Shown here: positions 9,101 to 18,528 of the stretch, piece by piece
How positions within the stretch are numbered: the first letter of the stretch is position 1
How the letters are laid out: every line of letters starts with the position of its first letter
DNA from: Patescibacteria group bacterium
Lineage (GTDB): Bacteria; Patescibacteriota; Patescibacteriia; Magasanikbacterales; GWA2-37-8
Assembly (NCBI GenBank): GCA_028705565.1
Contig: JAQWDH010000001.1
Span: forward strand, 20,363 to 84,362
Reading direction: 5' to 3'
DNA length: 64,000 bases
Program-made: the position numbers and the translations under genes
Notes under the pieces: generated by a model
Databases searched by the model: none
The model's input: the letters and a program-made list of their open reading frames with translations, nothing else
Told to the model about the DNA's origin: nothing

Positions 9101-10862
9101 TTCCGCAATACGCGTCATATTCTGGAGCCGAACCCTCGTCTAAAAAATAGAGAATATAATTTTTCATTTCCGCGCGAATGGTATCCAAATTTTCATTTTT
9201 TAAATCCTTTTCTCTTAATTTACGCACATAATTTTCAGCAGAAACGGTTGATTTTACGCCATCAATTTTTGCTTGGGCGATTAAATTATTTAAAGTGGTT
9301 AAATATTTTACATCATCCACGCCTTCGCGAAATCCTTCCCATTGAACCGTGTCTATAACACCATCCGTTGTCGGGTAAGTAAACGCTCCATCTTTGCGAT
9401 CGACATAATCAAAATCATCCCAAATGTTTCCGTGATATGCTTGATAAGCCCAGTCGGCGGCGCCGTCATAACCGGCCTGCCAAAGCATCAATCCGTAATT
9501 TCTGCGGTATTTTTCAGGTCTTTCCTCGCCGCCTTGAGGGTCTGCGTAAGAATATATTTTATTGCCATAGCTGTGGTATGTTGCCGCAAGATCTGGACGC
9601 AACACGCCATAAACTATCGCTATATCTAAAATATCAGCGGCTCTTTCAGCCATTGAATAATTTGCTTGCGCGTCAATAACTTTTCCGCCGACATCGTGCA
9701 CGGCTTCAATTTGCGCGCGAGTGGTAGTGCTAATTTCCTGCTCATCATACCCGTAACAATAAACATCAACATCTCCGTTAAGAGTCGTAGTCGCGATATT
9801 TATTGTGCTTGTAACCGCGGCTTGCGTTAGCGCGTTGGTGGCATATCCGGCCAAACTGCATCCAACATAAAAAAGCGTAGTAGTGTCCATACCGACTGAA
9901 TTGGCGATTGTAAGCGCGTCGTCAAGACTTCCGTCATTAGGCGCGGCTTGATATTGCGCATAATATAAAGGAGCTGTAATACCATGATTGTATAAATTTT
10001 GCAGCTCAGCGGTGAATTGAGCAGTATTTTTCCAATCTCCTGAAATCTCGCTGTATCCGCTGACATGGAGTCTGCTTGCGTAATAAAAAGAATAAGTTAG
10101 CGACGGCGAGTCCAAAGTAATCGGCAACACCGTAAGATTAAAAGTAAGATTTTTTGTGAAGACATCGGATGTAAGCTGAATTTGTCCGTTGTAAGTCCCG
10201 GCGGTTGTGGTGGTCGGCACTTCCACCGTAATCCAAATTTGTTTATTCGTGTTTGCTGTAATATCAATCGGTTGAAGTTCGGATGTATCTTCAATATGAA
10301 ATTCCGATGGAAGCATGTGCCACTGGTCCGCGACGCCTGAAATGCCGCTTGCGTTGCTTATTAAAACATAGGAGCCGTCCACCAAAGCGTAGTTTTGCGA
10401 ATCTTCAGTTTTAATCAAGTCGTCATTTTTGACAAGCAGTTCCGGCGTCAAATGTTTGTTGGAAACATCATAAAGAGTATATCCTGTTTGATACCAAATT
10501 TTTACAACTCTGATGTCCAAACTGCTTGAGGCAATCGTGCCGTTGTCTCCAATCAAATCAGTTGAAGTGACATTTAAACCTGTAATGGTTTCATTCGCGT
10601 GAATAACAAAAGTTGCGGGTTCAAATTCGCCAGGAGCCGCGCTCATGGTAATCGTGTCGGAAATATATTCGCTTGAAATACTTGAATCAGCGAGTATTTT
10701 TGTGTCCGTTATGGTTGAAGGAACGTAAATTGTCGCTGAACTGGAAGAGGCGAAAATAATATTGTAAAAAAAAGCGGACAAAGGCAAACAGACGATTGAT
10801 ACAAAAAAAATCGATAAAAATCTAAAAATTTTAGAGCGTCTTTTACGTTCTATAAAAATCAT
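6198..10862 (-). CDS. Giant (1554 aa) secreted/cell-surface protein with a glycoside-hydrolase-like region, LamG/concanavalin-like domain, Ig/FN3-like repeats and a C-terminal peptidoglycan-binding (PG_binding_1-like) domain
   Basis: N-terminal TM/signal. LamG-like motif ...GKFGNALLFDGIDDFVSLTG...DDLTVEAWIKP. C-terminal LWRGAVGQDVKYLQIFLKSMG...GYFGTLTKKAIIRLQ matches the PG-binding pattern. Confidence 0.55.
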   Translation of the reverse strand: MIFIERKRRSKIFRFLSIFFVSIVCLPLSAFFYNIIFASSSSATIYVPSTITDTKILADSSISSEYISDTITMSAAPGEFEPATFVIHANETITGLNVTSTDLIGDNGTIASSSLDIRVVKIWYQTGYTLYDVSNKHLTPELLVKNDDLIKTEDSQNYALVDGSYVLISNASGISGVADQWHMLPSEFHIEDTSELQPIDITANTNKQIWITVEVPTTTTAGTYNGQIQLTSDVFTKNLTFNLTVLPITLDSPSLTYSFYYASRLHVSGYSEISGDWKNTAQFTAELQNLYNHGITAPLYYAQYQAAPNDGSLDDALTIANSVGMDTTTLFYVGCSLAGYATNALTQAAVTSTINIATTTLNGDVDVYCYGYDEQEISTTTRAQIEAVHDVGGKVIDAQANYSMAERAADILDIAIVYGVLRPDLAATYHSYGNKIYSYADPQGGEERPEKYRRNYGLMLWQAGYDGAADWAYQAYHGNIWDDFDYVDRKDGAFTYPTTDGVIDTVQWEGFREGVDDVKYLTTLNNLIAQAKIDGVKSTVSAENYVRKLREKDLKNENLDTIRAEMKNYILYFLDEGSAPEYDAYCGNGVKETGEVCDDNDTGNAVCVDYSYTGGTLGCRDDCLSVDTSLCTPARLSIAFASSTEYNSSYINRSWTLLNMTISSTGDSSMFITWGDNKPIGYWKFDETSGTSVSDSIAGHTGTFDYGDYGTADAGTTESVIKETSYIVLSTNNDFYNNWIFEATSGAADGSTTTISDYTATSETDKTITLASALTGFATGDSFHIYKNTTLPQWAAGKFGNALLFDGIDDFVSLTGPSSTDMTGDDLTVEAWIKPTSVDSDYNITFIANFPQYQMYLKSDYTDLGENDIRAEAAAQLCMNNTDWPIVSSTSYISTTTWNHLAVTYDGTTIKFYFNGILEDSVSQTGNICDYYDGYSQLGRWTNGAVPSSNAYAYYKGLLDEVRVWKRALSQDEIRASYNASVYSNPSILFSGLTEGSNEYTVYLRDTSGTNASTTRAVNVAPTSTNANFDLTTRGFSTSFNVLPTSEWDWMNVAANLLTVNVSSTKSLTLGTAATNTIKIIPSIGEITLAFNDSDISNGYTDQWTASSTISTTTIDYVVAVSKNNTWYSIKVDGSHFNSYQSDSAGKITFTYNGGFSAKTFTVAEDTEGPSAFVLSSPSDYSTLGNEQPTFIWNAVSDADFDHYELYVDNVLKDDNLTGVSKTVSSKIGNGNHTWYVKAVDKAGNKTQSTSTWTIAIISGGGGIIPPSSSSGSGNITENLGGEVKKIFQSGATGVIKFLPQSIVGTAVLEIITLDPMEIIKNHPLPTNLNILGDIVSEIKAIVGGKEIEKINNEMKLSFTYNEELVKNGKIKKNAMEIYRWDETKKIWVPLKSDNTLANEITSKTKNFGLYGVFGESSATSTTSTLSTSTLEKDINLASSTILTSSTIQTVSSSLKTTLGIPDNFSFERFLWRGAVGQDVKYLQIFLKSMGKDIYPEGIISGYFGTLTKKAIIRLQEIYAEEILKPLKLKKGTGIFHIKTKAWTEKKINSAQGG

Positions 10863-10877
10863 ACCGATAAATTTTTT

Positions 10878-11933
10878 TCAGTTTCCGTTATGCGAAAGTT
10901 CTTTTTGGAAATAATTGTCATACATTTCCCAAAAAGACAAAAGCAGAGCCGTGATAATCGGCCCTATCACAAATCCGGAAACGCCAAAGAAAATCACTCC
11001 TCCCAAAGTTGAAAATAAAATTAGAAGCGGATGCATTTGCGTGTCTTTGCCTATTAAAATCGGACGCAATAAATTATCAATCGTGCTGATAAACAAAAAT
11101 CCGAAAACCAAAACCGCCAATCCTTGCCAGAGTTGCCCTGTAAGGAGAAGTATGATACCGGCAGGAAGCCAAATAATTGCGCAACCCACACCCGGAATAA
11201 TCGCGAAGACCATCATAATTACGCTCCAAATCAGCGCTCCTTGAATTCCGGTCGCCCAAAACAACAATCCGCCTAACGCGCCTTGAATTCCGCCGACAAT
11301 CAACGTGCTTTTTAACGCGGAACGCGCGGTAGAGGTAAATTTTTGGTAAAGCAGTTTTTCATATTTATCCCCAAGCGGGCATAAGTGCATCGCTTTTTTC
11401 AAAAATTTTTCCCCATCGCGCAGGAAGAAAAAAAGCGTGTAAAGCATTATGATAAACATCAATGCGAAAATTAGAGAATTTTGCGTAAGATTTTTCAACG
11501 CGGTGAATAAGTAATTGGTGATGCTCTGCGCGGTTTCCGCGAATTTTTCAGTCCAAAATTGTTCGTCAATATTTAGCTGTTGCGTGTAGGGGTTGTGTTT
11601 AATTGAGTTTAATGTGTTTTGCACGCTTTCTTTGATATGGCCGTTTGTATTCATTGAGGTGTAAATATCAACCGACTCATTGAAAAGCAAGCTGCCGAGC
11701 AATCCCAATGGAAGAATAATAATTATGATTACGGCGGCCATTGTGATAATTGAGCTGATGCCGGCGTGTCCTATCCATTTATTCATCCGAGCGTAAAAAG
11801 TATGAAACAGAGTCGCGATGACCGCGGCCCAGAAAACCGGATAAAAAAACGGTTTGATTATAAAAAGAAATAAAATTGTAACTAATCCGAGCGAACTAAA
11901 AAAAAGTATATTGCGGATCTTGGCAAAATCCAT
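10878..11933 (-). CDS. AI-2E family transporter (UPF0118/PerM-like) membrane protein
   Basis: Eight or more TM helices with the family-typical architecture. Confidence 0.55.
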   Translation of the reverse strand: MDFAKIRNILFFSSLGLVTILFLFIIKPFFYPVFWAAVIATLFHTFYARMNKWIGHAGISSIITMAAVIIIIILPLGLLGSLLFNESVDIYTSMNTNGHIKESVQNTLNSIKHNPYTQQLNIDEQFWTEKFAETAQSITNYLFTALKNLTQNSLIFALMFIIMLYTLFFFLRDGEKFLKKAMHLCPLGDKYEKLLYQKFTSTARSALKSTLIVGGIQGALGGLLFWATGIQGALIWSVIMMVFAIIPGVGCAIIWLPAGIILLLTGQLWQGLAVLVFGFLFISTIDNLLRPILIGKDTQMHPLLILFSTLGGVIFFGVSGFVIGPIITALLLSFWEMYDNYFQKELSHNGN

Positions 11934-11988
11934 AAAAATGTTGGTTAATATTAAAACACAGTTATTTTAATGTATTTTATCAAATTTT

Positions 11989-13431
11989 TTAAGGTTGAGC
12001 AACCGGATTGTTTGATTTAGGAGGGCGAGATATTATTTCTTTTATTGTTTCTTTGGAAATAATGTTGAGAAGCAAGGCTAAAACACCATAAATTATTATC
12101 CCAAACGCGATTGATAAGACGATATTCATCGGTTGAAGGAGATAAACCGATACGCCCATTGTCAAACTCGCGAGAGATATCTTGAAAAAAGTTTTAAAAC
12201 TTGGCCAAAATCGCGCGAAGCGATTAACCGTAATCATTAAAAATAAACCGGCGTAAATTTCAGAAAAAACAGTCACCATCGCCGCGCCATAAGCGCCGTA
12301 TTTCGGGATTAAAAACGCGTAAGCGATCGCGCTTAAAATCGCGTCGGAAAGATAAATCCAAATCACATTTTTTTGTCTGTTTATCGCCAAGGCCAAATAT
12401 CCAAAGACATTTCCAAAAGCAGTGCCAACAATGGCGATGCCGAGCAGTGCGAGTATTTTACCGGAGTTTACGAATTCGTTGCCGGCAATAAGTTTCATAA
12501 TTGGAGTCGCGAGCGTAATAATACCGACAGCCATTGGTATAAGCAACATCAAGATTAAATCAAAACTTCTTTGGTAATGGAGCTTGAATTCATCGCGAAG
12601 ATTTTGCGACCAAGCGCGCGCGGTAAGAGGCAGCATTATTCCCATTACCATGGCGGCAACCTGTATTACTATTTCAGTGACGCGATACGCGGCGCCTGCT
12701 AATCCAACTTCGCTTTGCGAAACAAATAGAGGCAGTAAAATTCTTCCGCCTTGCAGATAAACGGCGTTGAAGATAATTTCAATCGCCATCGGCCAAGTTT
12801 TATAATAAAGCGCGCGTGATATTCCCCAATCAATTTGAAAACGAATTTTTTGACTTTTGAGCCAAAGAAAAACAGTATAAATTAAAGATGACGTTGAAAC
12901 AATCGCCATCATCGGCAAAAATCCATCGTAATTTTTATAAGCAATGGCGAAGATGCCGACAAGCATTGTCGCTCGGGATAAAAATTCTCCGATAACCTGA
13001 ATGTGCATTTTTAATTTTGTTTGATAATATCCGACAAGCACTTGATTCAAAGCAGTGCTGAAAAAAGAAACAGAAAGAATGGCCGCGGCGATTTTGACCG
13101 GAGCTGGATATGGAAAAAACAGGATTAAAATCGGAGACAAGCCGTTGAAAAAAAACGCGGTTAAAAATCTCCATGTAAAAAGAGTGTTGTAAATTTTTTG
13201 TTTATCAAATTTTTCTTCAGAAAGCATGCTCGCGGTATTGGCTGTAAATCCGAAATCGTTCGCCACCGCGATAAATTGCAAAAAACTGCTGGCGGTCACA
13301 AACCAGCCGAATTTTTCCACGCCCAAAGAGCGGGTCATCAAAGCCACAATTAAAAGCCCGATTCCCGTGTTTAGCGATTTTCCGGCAAGTTGAATTGCCG
13401 TGTTGAAAGCGATTTGCCGTTTTAGAGACAT
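11989..13431 (-). CDS. Polysaccharide biosynthesis protein / oligosaccharide flippase (Wzx-like, MOP superfamily)
   Basis: About 12-14 TM helices, typical length and hydrophobicity. Start placed at MSLKRQIAFN; the ORF-track N-terminus (VIGHWSL)n is a translation of the upstream heptanucleotide repeat. Confidence 0.6.
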   Translation of the reverse strand: MSLKRQIAFNTAIQLAGKSLNTGIGLLIVALMTRSLGVEKFGWFVTASSFLQFIAVANDFGFTANTASMLSEEKFDKQKIYNTLFTWRFLTAFFFNGLSPILILFFPYPAPVKIAAAILSVSFFSTALNQVLVGYYQTKLKMHIQVIGEFLSRATMLVGIFAIAYKNYDGFLPMMAIVSTSSLIYTVFLWLKSQKIRFQIDWGISRALYYKTWPMAIEIIFNAVYLQGGRILLPLFVSQSEVGLAGAAYRVTEIVIQVAAMVMGIMLPLTARAWSQNLRDEFKLHYQRSFDLILMLLIPMAVGIITLATPIMKLIAGNEFVNSGKILALLGIAIVGTAFGNVFGYLALAINRQKNVIWIYLSDAILSAIAYAFLIPKYGAYGAAMVTVFSEIYAGLFLMITVNRFARFWPSFKTFFKISLASLTMGVSVYLLQPMNIVLSIAFGIIIYGVLALLLNIISKETIKEIISRPPKSNNPVAQP

Positions 13432-13488
13432 AAAATAAATCCCAAATCCCCTGCCTACCGGTTTACATACCGTAGGTATGCAGGCAGG

Positions 13489-13580
13489 CAATGACCAATG
13501 ACCAATGACCAATGACCAATGACCAATGACCAATGACCAATGACCAATGACCAATGACCAATGACCAATGACCAATGACC
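13489..13580. repeat. Tandem heptanucleotide repeat (CAATGAC/GTCATTG) x ~13 at the 5' end of the flippase gene
   Basis: Read directly; in frame with the flippase ORF as (VIGHWSL)n. Confidence 0.9.
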
Positions 13581-13620
13581 GTTTAATTTCATATTCATTT
13601 TACCGCTTTTTTGGAATAAA

Positions 13621-13650
13621 AAAAAGCCCTGAATTAAGGGCTGTTGTCGT
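13621..13650 (-). terminator. Rho-independent terminator for the 13651-13908 gene (minus-strand AGCCCT-TAATTC-AGGGCT + TTTTTTTT)
   Basis: Hairpin plus T-run on the minus strand. Confidence 0.5.
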
Positions 13651-13908
13651 TTATTCCTTTTTTTCCTCTTTTACCTCGCCAACTCCTTTCATCAGCCATA
13701 TTAACAATAATATCAACAACGAGATATCAATCAAAAGCCCGAGGAAAACGGATACTCCGAATAGTACGGAGATTTTATTTACAGTAGCATAAAGGTGCAG
13801 TGTCGGAATTGCGCCGATAGTGAGGGAATATCCGACAAAAAAAACAAACCATCCGAAAATTTTTAATACAATTTTTCCGATTTTTTTCATTTTTTCTCCT
13901 TTGTTCAA
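13651..13908 (-). CDS. Small hypothetical membrane protein (2-3 TM)
   Basis: Hydrophobic helices; short. Confidence 0.35.
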   Translation of the reverse strand: MNKGEKMKKIGKIVLKIFGWFVFFVGYSLTIGAIPTLHLYATVNKISVLFGVSVFLGLLIDISLLILLLIWLMKGVGEVKEEKKE

Positions 13909-13999
13909 GGTGCTGAATGTATAATAACAAAAACCGAAGTATTGTCAACAACACACAGACGGGAAGGAATTATTATGTTATAATGGCTATAGACGTTTT

Positions 14000-15934
14000 T
14001 TGTCATTGCAATTTCCAATGTCAAATCAAATTCAAATATCAAATATCAAATCTCAAGTTGTCGTTGCGTATACAATAAAGCGATACTGTTTTTTTATTTC
14101 TTTTTTGTTTTTAATGTTTTTTTGCGCGCCGGTTTTCGCGGCGGATTTTACGCCCCCGCCTTTTAAAGATAAAAATTATGCCGGTAAATATGTAAGCCAA
14201 TCAATTCCAGACCCGATAACAATCAAAGCCGGAGAAACGAAAGAAATCGTTGTAAGAATTAAAAATACTGGCAAAACGACTTGGTCCGCGACCGGTAAAA
14301 ATTTTGTTTCAGTTTATACTGTCGCGCCGAATTATCGCGAAAGCGTTTTTGCGGGCAAAAATTGGATGAATAAATCGCAAGCCGTAAAAATCAGTAGTTC
14401 CATAAGCCCCGGAAAAATCGGGGAAGTTAGAATTAAACTTAGCGCGCCGCAAAAAACCGGAGATTATTTGGAGAGATTTTATTTGGCGGCGGAAAACAAA
14501 ACTTGGATACAAGGAACATATTTTTATTTTAAAATTAAAGTCGTAAAAAATAACGTCGTCGCCGCGTCAATTGATACGGAAGAAAACGGCCGAGGAGACG
14601 GCGAAATAAAAGATGAGGCCGTGGAAATAAACAAAGAATACAAATCCGATATGCTGGCTTTTTCCGCCCGCAAGATATTTGCTTCCGGAGGAGAAAAAAT
14701 AAATTTTATCGTTCAATATCGCAATTCAGGAACTAAAAAATGGAATAACTATCTTTGGCAAGAAGCCGGAAGCCGCGCGGAAGAAGACGGAACGAATTCA
14801 ACCGCGATTAAAGCGAATTTGTCGGATGAGTCGTGGGTTTCGCAGGTTAAAATAAAAACTGAAAATAAAATAACGGCTCCGACCGAATCGTTGCGCGTGG
14901 AGTTTGTTTTTCGCGCGCCGGCAAAAAAAGGAAATTATGTCGCGCGTTTTCAACTTACGGCTGACGGGCATACTTTGGACGGCGGAATTTTGGAATTGCC
15001 GGTAATTGTAACGGCTGACGCGCCATCAGGATATACTGAACCGGTTTTCACGAGCGCGCGAACGCTCGTGTCCGAACCGAATGTTCGCATCGGCCTTTTC
15101 AAGGCCGAAAAACCGGTTAAATTCAAATCGTCTTTTGATTACCAAGTTTGGAGCGGAGGAATTTTAAAGGGATTTTTATCAGCCGGAATTTCGGCGACTT
15201 TAAATTACGGAGACGGAATTTACAATTTTACAAGCGAGGCGTTGAGTTTTAATTCGCGCGATTTTGTCCGTTTAACGCCGTATAATTTAAACGATTATTT
15301 TACTTTGCCTGACTACGAGCGTCATATAAGTTGGAAGGGAAGTGTAAATTTTAACGCTTATCGCGGAATTTTTGAATACATATATTCTCCAAAAAGCGAC
15401 GCGCCTTTTGTCGTCAATGAATTGCCGATGGATTTGTATATCGCGGGAATCGGCGAAACATCCGGAGGCGCGGCGATGGAATATATTAAAGCGATGCTTG
15501 TCGCGGCGCGTTCATACGCGTATTATCATTTGAACAACGGCGTGCCGGCGGACAAAAGAACCTTTGATTTATACGCGACAACCGCCGACCAGCTTTATTT
15601 GGGATACAATTCAGAAACTATGATGCCGCGCGTGGCGCAGGCGGAGCAGGCGACTTTTGGCGAGATGGTTACTTATGGAAGCAATGTCGTGGTTACGCCT
15701 TATTTTGGACATTCTGACGGGCATACTCGTTCTTGGGCAGAAGTTTGGGGCGGAACGGAAAAGCCGTGGATTAAGAGCGTGGAGTGTTTTTACGACACAG
15801 GCGAAAAAATGTTGGGGCACGGTGTCGGCATAAGCATGCAGGATGCGGCTTCGCGCGCTGACAAAGACGGCTGGACATACGACCAAATTCTGGAGTATTA
15901 TTACACAGGAGTGGAAATTGAAAAAATTTACTAA
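14000..15934 (+). CDS. SpoIID/LytB-domain protein with N-terminal secreted beta-rich domains
   Basis: Signal peptide. C-terminal region (...AMLVAARSYAYYHL...DLYATTADQLYLGYN...TPYFGHSDGHTRS) resembles the SpoIID/LytB amidase-enhancer domain. Confidence 0.5.
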   Translation: MSLQFPMSNQIQISNIKSQVVVAYTIKRYCFFISFLFLMFFCAPVFAADFTPPPFKDKNYAGKYVSQSIPDPITIKAGETKEIVVRIKNTGKTTWSATGKNFVSVYTVAPNYRESVFAGKNWMNKSQAVKISSSISPGKIGEVRIKLSAPQKTGDYLERFYLAAENKTWIQGTYFYFKIKVVKNNVVAASIDTEENGRGDGEIKDEAVEINKEYKSDMLAFSARKIFASGGEKINFIVQYRNSGTKKWNNYLWQEAGSRAEEDGTNSTAIKANLSDESWVSQVKIKTENKITAPTESLRVEFVFRAPAKKGNYVARFQLTADGHTLDGGILELPVIVTADAPSGYTEPVFTSARTLVSEPNVRIGLFKAEKPVKFKSSFDYQVWSGGILKGFLSAGISATLNYGDGIYNFTSEALSFNSRDFVRLTPYNLNDYFTLPDYERHISWKGSVNFNAYRGIFEYIYSPKSDAPFVVNELPMDLYIAGIGETSGGAAMEYIKAMLVAARSYAYYHLNNGVPADKRTFDLYATTADQLYLGYNSETMMPRVAQAEQATFGEMVTYGSNVVVTPYFGHSDGHTRSWAEVWGGTEKPWIKSVECFYDTGEKMLGHGVGISMQDAASRADKDGWTYDQILEYYYTGVEIEKIY

Positions 15935-16012
15935 CTGCTTTCGTCAAAATATCGCTTTTTGACTCAATATTATTAAAAAACTATTTTTTTTACTTTATTA
16001 ATTAAATTTAAT

Positions 16013-16318
16013 ATGAAAGAAACATTGTTATTCGTCAATCCGGAAAACATAAACAAAAAACAGCCGATAGAAAAACAAAAAATGAATATTCAATCGCGTT
16101 CCGAGGCGGTTTTTAAAAGCGATGACAAAAAAAGAGAAGTTTTAAAAAAAATCAATAAGCTGATAAAAGAGCATCAAGAAAAAAATACATTTAATTCGTT
16201 CGCAAAAAAGGGTAATATTGAGAACACGAATGAGTGGAAAAAAGAATGGGCGGAAAAACTTGACGAATTATTGGCGGCGAAAGAAAAAATTGAGAAGCAA
16301 TTGCCGAAGAAAAGTTAA
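16013..16318 (+). CDS. Hypothetical K/E-rich protein
   Basis: ORF followed by a clean terminator; no motif. Confidence 0.35.
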   Translation: MKETLLFVNPENINKKQPIEKQKMNIQSRSEAVFKSDDKKREVLKKINKLIKEHQEKNTFNSFAKKGNIENTNEWKKEWAEKLDELLAAKEKIEKQLPKKS

Positions 16319-16325
16319 AAATAAA

Positions 16326-16362
16326 AACCGCCTTGTTAAATGATAGGGCGGTTTTTTTATTT
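16326..16362. terminator. Rho-independent terminator (AAACCGCC...GGCGGTTT + T-run)
   Basis: 8-bp stem followed by TTTTTTTATTTTT. Confidence 0.6.
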
Positions 16363-16899
16363 TTATCTTCCGTGAAAATTTTTGTCTTCCGAAGCCATAT
16401 CCAATATAAATTTTCTCAAGCCGTTCGGGTCCGGCACGTTTTTTAAAATGAATTTAGGCACAGCGCCGGCTGTTTGCAAGGTTATGGTGCCGTAATCAAA
16501 TATGGAAGGAAAAAAACCCTTCACTTCCGAAGTAATATCCTGTATTTGGTAAAGGTCAACTTCGGAAACGCTGCGTCCGAACAAGCTGATTTGTTCAATA
16601 TCAACCAACCTGTCGTTGGTGATAACCCACATATCCAGATAAAACGAAATAAAATAAGAATAAAGAAAAAGCAATACGGAAAGACAGTAGACGCTTCCGA
16701 AAAGAATGAGAATGATAAACACGGTTGGGCTTTGCATCAGAGTAGGGAATATTCTCTGCAAAAGAAAGTTCACTCCCACGGGCGCTGCCGCGAGCAAAAT
16801 AAAAAGCGCGAGCGGCGGAACGAAAGTGATAAGGTCTCGGCGCACGATTTTGAATGTTTTTTCGTAAGATTTCGGATGTATGATTTTTTCCGCTGTCAT
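16363..16899 (-). CDS. Membrane protein with C-terminal bacterial PH-like (bPH_2/DUF304-like) domain
   Basis: Start set at MTAEKIIHP (ATG one nucleotide downstream of the preceding stop); two TM followed by a soluble domain. Confidence 0.4.
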   Translation of the reverse strand: MTAEKIIHPKSYEKTFKIVRRDLITFVPPLALFILLAAAPVGVNFLLQRIFPTLMQSPTVFIILILFGSVYCLSVLLFLYSYFISFYLDMWVITNDRLVDIEQISLFGRSVSEVDLYQIQDITSEVKGFFPSIFDYGTITLQTAGAVPKFILKNVPDPNGLRKFILDMASEDKNFHGR

Positions 16900-16900
16900 A

Positions 16901-17194
16901 TTAAAACAAATTAGAATTGAATGAAATCCATTCGTTGTTCCAAACTGTAATCGGCTGTTGCCAATCCGCGTTTTGCAGAAATTGCCAAGTGAAAAATAAA
17001 ACAATAACCGAAAGCGCCGAAACGAAAAAAGTGGCGACAAAGCTTACCATTGTAAGCGCGCCGGTACTCACTAAATGATAAATATTAACTAACGAGTAAA
17101 AAACGAATACCGCCAAAAACGCGAAATAAATAAATAGAAAAATATAAATAGGAGCGGAGACCATATAAAAAATTAAAATTTTTAATAAACGCAA
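16901..17194 (-). CDS. Small hypothetical membrane protein (3 TM)
   Basis: Hydrophobic helices; tightly packed between ruvB and the following gene. Confidence 0.35.
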   Translation of the reverse strand: MRLLKILIFYMVSAPIYIFLFIYFAFLAVFVFYSLVNIYHLVSTGALTMVSFVATFFVSALSVIVLFFTWQFLQNADWQQPITVWNNEWISFNSNLF

Positions 17195-17197
17195 AAA

Positions 17198-18241
17198 TTA
17201 CAGCAAGGTATTTTTCGGCTGTTCGCACCCCAAATGTTTATACGCCGCTGGCGTGGCTTTTCGTCCTCGCGCGGTGCGTTCCAAAAATCCAAGCTGAATC
17301 AAAAACGGTTCATAAACGGTTTCAATTGTTTCCATTTCTTCGGAGATGGCGGCGGAAAGAGTGTTTAAGCCGGCCGGTCCGCCGTTGAATTTTTCAATTA
17401 AAGTTTTAAGCAAATGGCGGTCAATTTCATCCAAGCCGTATCCGTCTATTGTAAGCATTTTCAGCGCCTCTGACGCGGTGTCGGTATTTATCAAACCGTT
17501 GTTTTTGATTTGCGCGTAATCGCGAACTCTTTTTAAAAGGCGATTGGCGACGCGCGGAGTTCGGCGCGAGCTTTTAGCTATCATCCGGCGCGCGTCTTCA
17601 GCGGACTCAACTTCCAACAATAGCGCGTTGCGTTCCAAAATTTTTTCTATTTCGTTTTCTTCGTAAAAATTCAAATGAAAATGAAAACCGAAACGGTCGC
17701 GCAAAGGAGCTGACAGCAAGCTTAATTTTGTGGTGGCGCCGATTAAAGTAAAACGCGGAAGCGGAATGCGAATCACGCGCGCGGCAGGTCCGGCTCCGAT
17801 GATAATATCCAAAGCGTAATCTTCCAAAGCCGGATACAAAACTTCCTCAATGGTTTTGTTGAGGCGATGTATTTCATCTATAAAAAGAACCTCGCCTTCC
17901 TGCATGTTGGAAAGTATGGCGGCAAGGTCGCCGACTTTTTCCAAAGCCGGACCGGAAGTCATTTTGATTTTACTTTCCATTTCTTTGGCGATGATGTGGG
18001 CGAGCGTGGTTTTGCCAAGCCCGGGATTGCCGCAAAGCAAAACATGCTCCAACGACTCTTGCCTTTTTTTGGCGGCCTGGATGGCGATGCTCAGATTTTC
18101 TTTGATTTGATTTTGCCCAACGAAATCAGACAGCTGGCGCGGACGCAAAGTATTTTCCAAAAGCGTTTCTTCGGCGTTCTCCCCATCTATTTGCGGCTCC
18201 ACTATTCGGTCGGGGCATTCATTTTGTAATTCTTCTTCCAT
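17198..18241 (-). CDS. ruvB: Holliday junction branch-migration DNA helicase RuvB
   Basis: Walker [12 protein letters not shown], sensor motifs, typical length; strong family match over the full length. Confidence 0.93.
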   Translation of the reverse strand: MEEELQNECPDRIVEPQIDGENAEETLLENTLRPRQLSDFVGQNQIKENLSIAIQAAKKRQESLEHVLLCGNPGLGKTTLAHIIAKEMESKIKMTSGPALEKVGDLAAILSNMQEGEVLFIDEIHRLNKTIEEVLYPALEDYALDIIIGAGPAARVIRIPLPRFTLIGATTKLSLLSAPLRDRFGFHFHLNFYEENEIEKILERNALLLEVESAEDARRMIAKSSRRTPRVANRLLKRVRDYAQIKNNGLINTDTASEALKMLTIDGYGLDEIDRHLLKTLIEKFNGGPAGLNTLSAAISEEMETIETVYEPFLIQLGFLERTARGRKATPAAYKHLGCEQPKNTLL

Positions 18242-18263
18242 AATAGCAATGTTAAATAATGCT

Positions 18264-18330
18264 TGTCATTCCCGTGAAAACGGGAATCTGTTGTCTGATT
18301 GTATGGATTCCCGTTTTCACGGGAATGACA
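18264..18330. repeat. MITE-like element TGTCATTCCCGTGAAAACGGGAATC ... GGATTCCCGTTTTCACGGGAATGACA
   Basis: Perfect ~25-bp inverted arms, each itself palindromic. Confidence 0.7.
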
Positions 18331-18360
18331 GTTAATATGGTTATTATAATTCCAAAAACG

Positions 18361-18470
18361 AACAAAGTCCACTGCTTGTTACGGTCTATGGACTATGGTC
18401 TGCGGACTATGGTCTATGGTCTATAGTCTATGGTCCAACGTCCAACGTCCACAGTCCACGTCCGATTTCC
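18361..18470. repeat. Degenerate GTCYAYGG / GTCCAACGTCCA tandem repeat tract
   Basis: Read directly; same family as 5696-5830. Confidence 0.6.
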
Positions 18471-18528
18471 CTGTGGATAAAATAAGTTGACAATATTCGT
18501 TAAATTATTTTCTAATTTTTTAAAAATT

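Noticed and set aside
13432-13575. N-terminal extension MVIGHWSL(VIGHWSL)n of the flippase ORF
   Set aside because: It is a translation of the 7-bp tandem repeat. A normal start (MSLKRQ) lies downstream, so the extension is treated as non-coding or phase-variable rather than part of the protein.
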